Positions 14,895-28,050 of a DNA stretch of 52,986 bases are shown one piece after another. A program made the translations under genes and the position numbers. The first letter of the stretch is position 1, and every line of letters starts with the position of its first letter. A model generated the notes under the pieces. It was not told the DNA's origin. It was given only the letters and a program-made list of their open reading frames with translations, and made no database searches. Location: NCBI GenBank assembly GCA_000697335.1, contig JNEM01013703.1:1-52986 (forward strand). The letters run 5' to 3'. The DNA is from Conidiobolus incongruus B7586 (lineage: Eukaryota).

Positions 14895-17016
14895 TTCGTC
14901 AAATATAAAATTTAAATAATAATTAAATTGAAATTATCGATACTGTTAATTAATATAGTATAATATTTTTAAAATATTTTTTTATAATTGAAAGTTTAAA
15001 CTATTGATTTCTATCAAATTATGTATTTATACCATTTTTTTAATCTTTGATTACGTTTACATTTTTCAATATCTTAATTATTTCTTTACCATATTTGGAT
15101 ACAAATTAGAATGATTTTTTTTCAATTTGATTGGTTTAAGAGCTAAAATTCATCAAAATGTTAATATTTTTGAAATTTCATAATTCAAAATAATTTCTAA
15201 GTAAATCGCTGTATATAACCTGAATTATCATATAAATAAAGTTTATTTGAATTTATTTAGAAGATACATTCTCAAAATACATGATTAGCTGATTTTTAAC
15301 TGTATATTTATTTATATAATATTATTTATAACCTTTTAAATTTTTCGAAACATTGTATTTAAAAAATTATATCTTTGTATATTGATCCTTAATTTTCTAT
15401 AAGTATGCTTTTAGGAATATGAAATTCAAATATTAATACATAATACTTTTAGCTAAAAATATATTTTAAGAATCAAATGTATTGTTTAAATCTGTTGAAA
15501 AAATTATAACTGATATTAATTTGGAAATTAAAACCAAATTATTATAGTCATTTTATATTATTTACCTTTAATATAAAATAATCCAAAAAATTACAATATA
15601 TATATATATATATAATTATTTCACACTAGTGATAAATTATGATATAAAATTATGTTTGAATATCTGAAAATACAAAGGTTAGTTTAATAATTTGATAAAC
15701 ACATATCATAGAAACCGCAATATAATTTTTATATAATTATAATACTATTATCATATTAATTATGCTCTCTTGACGAATTTTTTCCGATTTATACTTGCTG
15801 ACTATATCTGATGAAATCGAAATAAAATAACAATTTATCTCTTATTGACAGTATTAAAATTATAATCAAAATTATTCCATTGTTTTGATTAATAAGATAC
15901 TTCTGTCTATTTATATGCTATTTACTTTTATTGCCATTCTGGTTATATATATTTCAAAGCGAATAAACTATTACTGTAAGCAAAGCTTATAGTACATATA
16001 TTTGAAAAAAATTAAAAATCACTTTGAAAATAACCTATATCAACCATTTTTAATAATTAGTATTTATATAATGAATTAATATATCCAGATATTTAAATTA
16101 ATTCATTAAAAATCGAATTCCGGATTATCATTTCACCAATTTTATAATCTTCTATATATTATCACTTTTTTATACTATAAAAAATCAAACAAATTTTTTT
16201 CGCCAAACTTAGCCATTCACAATAATCATGGGAATATCGAAACTTGAGCAAATTCTTACAAATTAAAAAATACATCATTCATGTTTATTAAGTCTAATGA
16301 AAAATTGTGAATAAAAATATTTCATAAAAGACATTATATACCATTACTTTAGAGTTATCACTTTTTATATCCATTACAATTATTTACAAATTAATTATAA
16401 ATTATATGAATAAACAAGTTTGAATACATTGATCAACTTATAATTACCTTGGTCCATATACTTAATTATATATATATTTCTATATAAAGTGGTAGGAAAT
16501 ATAATAACATTAAGTATAATGTTTAGAGTAGATATATTTAATGCTATATAGTATATAAATCATAATTATCAGAGTATTTTATAATTTTTCACAATATTTT
16601 AAGTTTTATTATTTTTTTAATATAGTTCTTATTTAATCAAGGTTGTATTAATAAATTATTTTTAGGATTAATATTTTATAAATGCTGTGGATCACTATAC
16701 TTATGAAGTAGTTTTATAGTAAATCAATAATAGCAGATGCTCATTATATTAGAAATTATTAAGGAAGAGAATTACGTCCAAAAAACGTCTTAAATAGAGG
16801 ATTGAAGATAATATGGTGAGTATTAAGAAAATCTATGATACAAGTGATACACTAATAAATATCGATGGTTTAAATGTGTATGTTCAGAGAAGTGTAAACA
16901 GGTTCGCCATAATTCCCATGAGAATTTTTCAACTCCTATTACAAGTGACTGGAGTTAGATGGTATTGTGGATCATGCAGATGACAAAGGAGAAAAAGCCA
17001 TCCAACAATTGTCTTG

Positions 17017-17961
17017 CTAAGAGTGACATCCGTTAGTATTCTGTAGATCAGCAATGTAATTGAACTCCTTTGATTGCTTTTCTATTGATTTTCCATTGAC
17101 AATTGCATCCTTGCAAGGTCCAGGAGCCATTGACCAAGGTTTGCGGGGATACTTAAATCGGTGTATCCGGTGTAGGTATTGGGATCGTTTAGCATATAAT
17201 TTTTGTATTCTGATGACTTTTATCTCTGATATTGACTCCTTTGATTAAAATATTTAGCAATTATTAATACACATGAAGCAGCGAAAACTGTACCTGATAT
17301 TGGAAATGATATGTATGATTATTGTTGACTACCACATTTCTAATATGTTGCTTTTCCATAAGCTTTCGTTGTTGAAAAGCTAATAAACGGTCTTCATAAT
17401 TTTTCCTTAATTTGTCTTGGTGTAGTGAAACTAGATGAGAGTCAGCTTCTCTTATTTCATTTTCCAAGAGGTCTAACTTTTGCAATCTAGGATAAAATGA
17501 CCTATATTGGATATGTATTGGGATCTTTAAATTTAATGAGTTGATAAAATGTTATTTTACCTTTCTTTAATCGACTCGAATAGTTGTTGGATCGATTCTA
17601 TCCTCTCTCTTATCTTTCTCTGTTGAGTTTTAAGTCTAATAACATCTTCATTTGTTTCATTTGATATTTCGTCGTCGAAAGGTAATTGCTCTAAATTTCT
17701 TGTTAATATAGCTCGTACTTTGGTTAATGTTAGGATAAATATCATAAGATATGCTTGTATTTGTATAATTCCACATATAATTATATGTATTGAGTATGTC
17801 TTGATGTATTGAACTAGATAAAAATGAGAGTATATTGAATTACCTTGATCAATAGTTTTGTCATATTCCCAACCTTCATTACCACTATCGTCAGATAGGT
17901 TATTTTCGAGCTCAGAAAGTAGCTGATTTAAAGCATTATTATCTTCTATTGTGTCGTTCAT
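17017..17961 (-). CDS. Small coiled-coil protein, possibly Sds3/BRMS1-like (Sin3-HDAC subunit family)
   Basis: Multi-exon model (17961-17844, ~17690-17561, 17501-17294, ~17239-17017) gives IESIQQLFESIKERSFYPRLQKLDLLENEIRE...LRKNYEDRLLAFQQRKLME, which resembles the Sds3-like helical pattern. Family assignment and the first intron are uncertain. Confidence 0.45.
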
Positions 17962-19763
17962 TGATTATAAAGAATGATGGTATTTAGTTAATAAATGAAT
18001 TTGAAGAATTTCACAAGTTGATTTAAACTAATGCATATTAAAGATTTGACAGAATGGGATAAATTAATTCATCAAATCATGATGATATATTTTTCCTTCA
18101 GGGCTATGATCATTAAAGAGCCAATTAGATTAGTTGATGTTGATTCCATATCATCGAGTATAGATAATCAATACTTTTTTACTTTATATTTACATTTATT
18201 GTTATGATATATCACCAATAGTATTCATCAATATAATATATTAAAAATGCCAGGCACAATTTATTATTGATTTTTTAAATTATCAATTGATACTAAACAA
18301 AAAATAGTTAATTTACGAAATATTCAGTTATTTTCATATCCCCAAACAGATTGAAGAAAGCTTGCATTATTTTAATTACAATTTTAGTATTAATATTAGA
18401 AATTCATGTATATTATCAACAACATTAAACATTTTAAGTTATATAAATTGGAAATTGAAAAACGTAAATTGTTTTCAAAATGTATTTATAAGTATTTGAA
18501 TGATATTCTATCAATCTCATATAGCTAAAAAAATACACTTCATTCATTTTCAAATAAATGTATCAAAATTTACTGAACAAGTTCAAGTAACAAAAAATTG
18601 TCTGATTTAATCAATTATTGTCACTGTAAATCAAAATAATCACTCCAAATTAACTAGATTTTAATATAATTGACAGACATCATATTAAGACTAGTGTAAA
18701 AAGTATTTATTCGTTTCTTTTAGTTAAATTTGTTAAGATTCAGATTAATATTTATTTCAATCTACATTTAGTAAAATATATTGTGTATTTGTATAATTTA
18801 AATGATTAATGTCAAACATATAAAAATACCACCGAATTATAAACTCAAGTATGTATGATTTTTTTCATTTCATAATATATTACAAGATTAATAAATATAG
18901 TAGATGAAAATACTTGACATAAAATATTTAAAAGCTGTTGATTTTACAATCCAAATTTAATTGCGGAATTTGTATTATCAATATTGATCGTTTCTTAAGA
19001 ATTTATTAATTTTGAATAATAAATCAATGAGATTTTGTAATTCTAGTTTATATATCCTAAACATATTTTATCGATTATTCTTAAACAAACTTCCTCAATG
19101 ATATATCATGTTCAATACTTATTCTTTTTGAGTATTTGATATTGCCGTGTAATTTCGTTGTTTATATCAAATATAGCAGAATTTAATTCAACCTCAAACT
19201 TGCTATAATAATTATTCCTTTAAATTATTTGAATCTGTTGAACTGTGATAATTATACTGAATATTCATTTATGATTATAATATAAATTGAAAGATATTCA
19301 AATAATAGAATTATTTTTCTCCATATAATATTTAAGTTTCCTTAATAATAATAAAATCCAACGATTATCTTTAATGAACCAATCATAATTTAAGAGTTAT
19401 TAAAATAGAAAAATCTAAATTTAGCCAATCATGGAGAGATGCTACTAAATTTACCAGTTCCGAGGAAATTTAACCTCTAATATTCAATGAAATCGTGTCA
19501 ATAATAATCAAATAAAAATTTTATAGTTGATTTTGATTATAATTATTGTGATATTAAGGGTAAAATATGGTGGTTAAAATAAAATTCAATTTTAATTCAC
19601 AAAGTCACCTTATTCTTCTAAATAATATTTTTTTGTAAATAATCTTATATATATAATCAAATTCATTGTTTAATTATCTCTTTCATAAATAAGATATTGT
19701 TTGTTCAATATTACAACCAAAGAATATTCCTTCCACTGGCCGCCTTTTTGCATTTTATAAAAC

Positions 19764-22700
19764 ATGACCAGTGATCACAGTTCCATTATTGAAAGTTCCC
19801 CCATAAAGAAGAATGTTTTATCTTCCAAAGACTCTATTAATCAATTTAGTGTAAATAACTCAACGCAAATGTCTAAATCTGTCTCTACTAATGCTACAAC
19901 CCTCACCAATGCCACTTTAAAGAAATCAGCTACCAAAACGTTTTCCAATTTAATGAATAGAGTTTCCTTTCTACCCGCAGAATCCACAGAAGAACATCAA
20001 GATATTCAATTGATCCACAACATTCAATCCCAAATTCCAGTATTAGAATTAGCATCTTTTAAACCAGCTACCGAATTATACTTTGGAAATACCTATCTTC
20101 ACCAAGGCTTATTAAGACATTTTAAAATACTCAATCCACAACCAAAAGGACTCCATATCAGGCTCTTGACTGAAAGTCTAAATCAGTTGGATTTTGAGCT
20201 ATTTCCAAATCAAGGTCTACCCAACAGCACTGAATATGGACCTGGTGTAATTTATTTGGACTCAGGTGAAAGCTGTAATATTCCGATATTTTGGACCCCT
20301 ACTCAGTTAGGAAAAGCCCGCCATACACTTCAGTTGGAAATTCTATCCAGTAACAAGATTTTTGAAGTGGTTTTATTGGGCCAAGCAGCAGAGAGACCCC
20401 CACCAAGATCACAAGTAACTATTATATTTTCTTTTCACGAATTCATTCTCTAATCTGTTATTTAGAGGCGTATTTCACTCCAACACGGTATGATGAAACG
20501 TCAGCATAGCTTCAACCAGCAAGGTAAAATGAATTGCATTGAGAGTGATATTCAGTTCAACTGATCGACTAATTCATAGGTTCTAATTCACAAACGGGTT
20601 TCCATAGTTTCAAAAAGCTCAAGTTTAGCTTGGAACCATCCGATCGAAAACAAATTCTCCAAAATTGGAAATTCGAACCAAATCAAATGCTTATTAGAAT
20701 CATGGACTATTATCTCAACAATGACTCTGCCGCCATTTTCCAAAATGATTTGGCCAAATATACAATCCTTAGTCGTTTGCTGAAAGCTGTACCAAAGGGG
20801 AAGCACTATCAATCTGAGTCACTTTTGTTCAAAATTTTTGCTACATCTAAATACAAAGAGCTACTCAGTACTTTGCGATTTAAGTCACGCGTCCATCCTA
20901 TTAATGACTACAATATCCGTAGAGGAATATCCGAAACTTTGTTAAACATTAATCCCTATTGGTTGCTTTATTCGTTGAAAGTCGTTTTTTCTAAAGATAT
21001 TGACTTGAATCAGCAGCTAAGCCCAAATTTCCTCAAAGATCTTATCCAAAACTTATTATTTGGAGATTTTAATACCGAAGCTGAAGTAAATCAAGTGACG
21101 TCTTCTGTAATTAATCATCTATTGAAGCTTGCTGCCTTACTCGATCACGCTATGGTGCACGCCTTCACCCGTGGTGATCCACTACTTTTTACCTGCTCAT
21201 CTAAATTTTTCACAACCCAAGACCTAATCAAGTATGTTATTGAAACGTATACAAAAGCCGACCCTATTGGTACCATGGTTAAGTTGGGTAATATAGGCAT
21301 AAGATTTACGTATCGGCAGTCCAGAGCACAAAAGCATCGTGAGCCTATATCCAACTTAGCACTCGATTTGCGCAATGGAATTAATCTGTGCCAGTTTTTA
21401 GCCCATCATTTCAATGACTGGAGTTTTTTCGATACTCTCAATCTGACGCCGTTGACTCAAGAGCATAAGCTTCATAATATGAACTTATGTTTTGAGTTTA
21501 TGGAGATGCATGACTTAAGATACCACCGCTTATTGAATGGCCCTACCAAACCTATTGATATTGTACTAGGAGACCGTCCTCGCTCAATTGGCTTGCTAAC
21601 CAGTATATTAATAGAGTGGAAGCTACCTCAGCTAGTTAGTCTTGATTCTCTTGAATCTGAAAACAAAAAACTTCATGAGAAATATGTATCACAGTCTAAA
21701 ACCTCTCCAAAGAAGCTGGACGAATCACTCAGCTCGAACAATCCCATTATTACTGCTCTACTTCAATGGTGTCACTTGATTAATCAATTTTTTGATTATG
21801 AAATTATGGACATCAAGTCCAGCTTTAAGGATCCTCGTCCCATCCTATACTTGTTTTCTTTCTATCTTCCTAAGGTATTCTCGACTGACGACATTCAGCA
21901 AAACCAAGAGTCTGAAGGGTTAATATCTGATAATTCCACCCTTGGAAATTCATTTGATCTTTCCACCCTTCCAAATAAGAGAATTCGCTCGGATACATTG
22001 GGCTCATCTATGCAAGAAAATTATGCCACGTTGAATAAATGGTCTAAACGACTGGGATGTCTTTCGAACGGTATTTATTTTCAAAATGGGCTAGAAACTA
22101 ATCAAAATTTGATCGGTTTGTACTTAGCTATGATTTTTCAGCCTCTTCTTAAGTTGCACCTTGAAACCGAATGCGCTTCCAGAATCCAAAGAACTTGGCG
22201 TAGATACTACCAAAATGTCAGGCGATCAGTTGGTATTTATAATTTAGCTGAACAAAGAGTTGCAGTAAAAAAGATCCAAATTTGGTTTAAGAGACACATG
22301 ACTGCTCCAGAAGCCAGAATGTGTAGATCTCAATTCCTTCAGCAAAAAGATGCTGCTCGAGTCATCCAAGGAGTCTGGAGAATTCACAATGCTAAATGTC
22401 AGCTGAAATGTTTAAAGTCGATTGTCAAATTGCAAAGCTGGTGGCGGATGACCATTGCCGCAAGGAATTACCAGGCATTCAAATCTCGTGTTATTAAAAT
22501 CCAATCCCAGTATCGCCGTAATGTCGCTCATGATTCATTCCAGAGCCTCAAACAATCCGTAATTACTCTCCAAGCACTCTGGCGCGGAAGGGATACCAGA
22601 CGTCATCTTGAGCAGTTACAAGCCGCTACTATTAAAATCCAACGATTTTATAGAGGCTTACAGCTCACTCGATTAATGGTACTTCGATATGAAAGCTTAA

Positions 22701-25700
22701 AATACTCGGCAATCGTTTTCCAGAAATACTGGAGATCTTTACAAGCTCAACGTCATCTTGCATATCTGATTGTTTTATCTAGGTTACAAGCGATTTGTAG
22801 ACGAGTACTTGTTGTTAGAAATCTTACAAGAATGAATGTTGCATGTGCTATGATCCAGAGAGTTTATCGTCGTTGGAGAATCAGAGAAGAGCTAAAAAGA
22901 GAATTGGCAGCTGTTAGGATTCAGTCCTGGTATAGAATGCATCGCCAACAAACTCAATTTAAGTTTGATATTACCTCTTATCGCCAAATGAGACATGATG
23001 CAGCTATCCGAATTCAAAAAACATTCAAAATGTACCAATCTCGAAAGCGCTATTCGTCTATTTACACTGCATCTAGCATAATCGTCTGCAAATGGAGAGC
23101 GACAGTGCAAGCTCGCTCTACACAACTCCAATATATTCAGTTGAAGCAAAGTGCCATTACTTTGCAGCGTCATTGGAGAAACCTCTGTTATACACGATTA
23201 ATTCGAAATCAATATGTCCAAATATTGAACAGTGTCATTATCCTTCAAAAGCACTTCAGGAGGTATCGTGCCCAGTGTCAGTTACTTCAATTGAAGGCTG
23301 TGGTCAGGCTCCAAGCTTTGATCAGATCTAAATCTGCACAATCAAGCTTTCAGCTTCTCAAACGCGCCGCAAATATTGTTCAAACTCGCCGAAGAGCTTT
23401 GATTCTTGGTAGAGCCACCCGTCACGAATATATGACTCATCGTGATTTGATCATATCCCTTCAAAATAGATGGAAAGCAATTTTATTGGGTCGTTCCATT
23501 TGTCAGAATTATCAGCAATTGAAAATGTCTAGTATCCAGATCCAAGCATGGTGGAGAGGAAGAGTCACCCAAATTCAATATTGCCAACTGCAACAAGTTA
23601 CTTCCAAGATCCAGAACTGGTGGCGACTCATGCGCTGTCAGCAGGAATACCATCAGAAGCTTGAGCAATTCAAACTTGAGCGACGAGCTGCTATTTGTAT
23701 CCAATCGAATTTCCTCAAGTATATTCATCAAAAGAGATACTCAGAGTTGAAACATGCCTCGCAAGTGGTTCAATCGCGTCGTCGGGCCATTGTACAATGC
23801 CGTGAAAAGCTCCATGAATTTAATTCGCTCAAACGCTCTACAATCGTACTTCAACGAAGACGAAGAGCAACTGTATTGGCTAGAAATACATCTAACGAAT
23901 ACAAAGTACTCAAATCAGCCACCATTTATGTTCAATCTCAAATTCGTCGTAAGAGATGCCAACAGAGTTACTTGACTCTAAGATCAGCCTCCATTACTTT
24001 CCAAAAGCATTTCAGACGGCATCAAATGCAAACCCATTATGAGCGATTGAAGATAGCAGCCTACCAATGCCAGCAGAGGGTCAGGGCCAAACAAATCGGT
24101 CACCGCATTAGACAAGATTACATGAAACTGAAAAATGCTGCAAACACCATCCGTAAATACTGGCTTGATTATCATGAGTGGAAACTCGAACAAATTCGAA
24201 GACATCATGCTTCCATTGTATTACAGAATTATTGGAGAGTCTTGGTTGCAAGAAGACAGCTATCGGCACTCCGAGTCGAGCATTCTGCTGCCGCTATGAT
24301 TCAGGCTCATTTCAAAAGATATATTGCATCTAAGCGCTATCAAACCCTTCGCACGGCTGCAATCACACTCCAAGGCAGATATCGACAATTGCTTCATATG
24401 CGTCAGGTTCATTCTGAATATATTCAATTAAAATCCGCTACTATTATTTGCCAACGCTTCTTCCGCTCTAACCAAGAGATGCTCAAGACAGCCAGAAGCT
24501 ATCATCAACTGAAATCTGTTGCCATTTTCTTACAGTATTCAATTCGAAGACTTTGGCATATTCGTCAAAACCGTCAGTTAAATGCCATCAAAATCCAAAC
24601 TTGGTGGAGATCCAAATTTGCTCGTAGAAATTATCTTCGAGATATCTCCATTTGGCGTAAAATCATCAAGATTCAAAGTTGGTTTAGAATGCTTCGAGAT
24701 CGTTCTCTTTATCTTCAAACCAGGTATAGAATGATTTGGCTCCAACAGAAATGGCGATCCACACTACAATCAAGAAGAGATCAATTCGATTTCATGAATA
24801 TTTCGAATGCTTGTACAGTCATTCAAACTCGATTTAGAGCAAATCAACTCGCCACAAACGCGCGTCTCCATTATGCTTTGGTCAAGTGGCAGACTATCAA
24901 GATCCAGAGATGGTACCGTTCCATTATTCAAAACAGATTGATGAATGATGCTGCAACTAAGATCCAAACACTTGTCTTATCCTACAACGCCAAAAACCGA
25001 TTTTATCGCAAGCAGCTCATGCGCTACAGATGGCATTTACTATTCAAGCGTGTCCAATGTTATAATGTCCTTAGATCCAACTTCTCCCTTCATTATGACG
25101 CCATCCAATTCCGCAAAAACTCCATCCGAACCCAGGTGCTTCACATATGGAGAGAGAAGTGCCAGGAGCGTTTGATCGAAATTCGTCGCCAAATGCGGAT
25201 TCAGAAAGAAAACGAAGCTGCCACAATCCTTCAGCACCACATCCGTCTGTTTTTGATCAGGTGTCGATTTTTGCGAATTTGCCATAGCACCTACCTTTTG
25301 CAGAGAGTGATTCGTGGCCATTTCGTCAGGAAGCAGGATTTACCCGATCGACGCATTCGACTAATTAGGAAACGAGTGATGAAGGCTAATGCTGAGGCTA
25401 CCGAGGATATGAAGCTGTGCAATCGTACCACCTTTGCTCTCAAAGCCATCGCTCAGAGTCGATGCATTACCACAGTTATGAAAGCATGTCAGCATCTAGT
25501 CGTCGTCACCCGACTATCCCAAGTGTGTCGCCATCGTCTCTTGAACGAATACAAATGCGTCCAAATCATTTTAGAGTTGATGAAATCATGTAATCGAAGC
25601 ACTCCTCATCAAGAAATGCTTAAACCAGCTGTCCAAATTCTAGAACATTTAAGTTTAGATGAACTTGGTCTCAACCGTCTGATAAGATCCTCCGAACAAA

Positions 25701-26086
25701 TTGGCTTTATTCTTGAGACTATGTACTTTCACAATGACTTGGAATACGTCTTAAAAGGCCTTTTAGCTACACTGCATCATTTGATGCATTCTCCTACTGC
25801 TTTCAACTATATTAAGAAGACTCCTGATATCAAGTTCAAGCTCAGACAAATTCAAAGCAAGATGCTTCGCACCCAATCTCGTTTATCGCATCTTCCCAAG
25901 TCTAGATTGAGTGTATTACCCACTTCTTACAGTCACCGTCAAAGCTATCTCAATCGTTCACATATCGGCTTTAATTGTCATGTTTTCTTCTCTTTACCTT
26001 CTATGACTGAAGACAAATTTGAAATGATGGAAAAGGTGCTCAATGGCTTGGAATCCCCTACCCCTCTTAACAACATCAAATCATAA
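19764..26086 (+). CDS. ASPM: Abnormal spindle / ASPM-like protein: N-terminal ASH domain, two calponin-homology domains, ~40 IQ motifs, C-terminal helical (ARM/HEAT-like) region; ~2071 aa, 3 exons
   Basis: Exons 19764-20414, 20466-20523, 20580-26086 are in frame. ASH-like LYFG..RHFKILNP..IPIFWTP..G.ARHTL..VVLLG; CH1 ISNLALDLRNGINLCQFL; CH2 LLQWCHLI..IMDIKSSFKD..LYLFSFYLP; repeated [IL]QxxxR motifs at ~22177-25321; C-terminal MKLCNRTTFAL...LMKSCNRSTPH typical of Asp/ASPM. Confidence 0.9.
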
Positions 26087-26149
26087 GTTATATTATCTCT
26101 ATTTATACCCCTTGTTTATGAACTCATCTAATCATTTAATATATAGCTT

Positions 26150-28050
26150 AAATAATGAATGATTAAAAAAATTAGCAAAATATTTTTAAAAAATTCAATT
26201 CATTAATTTTTCTTAAAAACTTCCAATTTTTTACCAAAATAATATTATTACAGAAATTAAGTAATGGCAAAATTTTAAAATTAAAATTAAAAATATTAAT
26301 ATATGATTTATATAATTTATTACACAATATAAAATTAATACTCTCTTTTATTTTTAATAACTCTTTGCTATACTTTTGGTAAGCTTTTAACATCTAAAAA
26401 ACAGTTTTTTTATTAAAGACTAAAATTTAATATTCCATAAACTAATTTAATTTGATTATAAGAATTTTTTTCTTATAAACATTTTTTAATTGCTTAAATA
26501 ATTATAATTATATAAGTTATAATTTAATAAATATGTTAATTATAACAGCTTTTTCTAGTTTTTTTTTAATAAAAAATCTTTTTCAAGTTTAATTATATAT
26601 ATTTTAAAATTATTATATAATATAATAAGTATTTTTAATTTATAATAAAAATATTAATTAAAAATTATTTTGTTTAAAAAAAACAATATAATATTTATTA
26701 TTGATTATTTTACTTTTGAAAATTAAAAAAATTATATATTGTTATAATTTATTATATCAATTAAAATTCACTTATCAATTAAGTATTTATTTATTAAAAT
26801 TTATAAAAAAGATTATTTTAATTTAATATTTTATTGTATTTTTATATAAAAGGTTATATAAAAAAATTTAAAATTTATCAATTATAATCACTTTTATTTT
26901 TAGTAATATTTTAATAAGTTTTATTTAATTATAATTTATTTAATTTTTTTAGCTTTTATTAAATTATAAGGTATTTATTTTATTTTATTATTAATTAATT
27001 TAAGTTTAAACTTTAATATATATAATATACTTATATAATTAAAAATAAATTACTTATATAATTTTTTTAATTTAAATAAAAAGGAATTTTTCATTATATT
27101 TTTTCACTTTGTAAGTATAATAATATAAAACTAAAATAATACAGAAGAAAGCTTAATATAAAATAATATGACATAAGAATATAATAATATAATATAGAAT
27201 AATAAACAAAGTTTAATTATATTTTATTAAATAATAAGTCACTAATATATTAAGTTTTATATTAAGTAGTGTTAATTTATTATAATATTATCAAGATATA
27301 GTTTTAACCTTAAAAATAATAAAGATAAGAAATATTAAGAATTAAGAGAAAAAAACTTAATTTATTAAATAATTTAATATTATTTTTATAAATTAATTTA
27401 GCTTTAAAAGTGTAAATTAATTATATAATTTATAGTTAAATAAATTATATAGAAATATATATAAGAATTTTAAAAACTAATTTTTTAATATATTTTATTA
27501 ATTAATAAAAGAATAATGAAAATTAATTCTTTAAGTAAATTTTAAATAATATTTATTATAACTTTAAAATGGTAAATTTAAATAAACTATTATTTTTATC
27601 AGCCTTTATAAATTTTAATTGATTTTAAAGGATTTATAGTTGAATTTTAATAATACTAAATTAAAAAATTTTGATGATTATTATTTAATTTAAAAATAAT
27701 TAAATTTAACCTCAAATTTAAAATTAAAATTATTTTAATAATAAAATAATTATAAAGTATATATATATATATTGAAAATATTAATTCTTTTATGTATTTT
27801 ATATATATTTGATTTTTAAAAACTAGCAATATGATTGAAAAATTAAAAATTAAAAAATTTGCCATTTTTTCTTTTTAAACTAATAATAATTAAAATATTT
27901 TTTAAAATAAAGTTTAATTACATTAATAGTTAACTAATTATATGCATATTATTTTACAAAAGGTTTGATTAATAAATATTAATATCTAGTATTACCAAAA
28001 TTATATATTATATAAATGATTTAATATAGTTTAGAAAATCACTATCAATG
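26150..28050. other. Extreme-AT block, possibly a decayed transposable element
   Basis: Visibly about 90% AT, no CpG seen, no credible ORF; sharp compositional step at the ASPM stop. Confidence 0.4.

Noticed and set aside
19370..19750. CCAAT boxes and a GC-rich TGGCCGCC element upstream of ASPM as cell-cycle promoter elements
   Set aside because: Short motifs expected by chance; cannot be supported without conservation or TSS data.
20588..25321. Several antisense and alternate-frame ORFs of 65-95 aa within ASPM (likewise within PLD, VTS1, SHY1, ALG5)
   Set aside because: Short shadow ORFs expected inside GC-richer coding DNA; no recognisable motifs.
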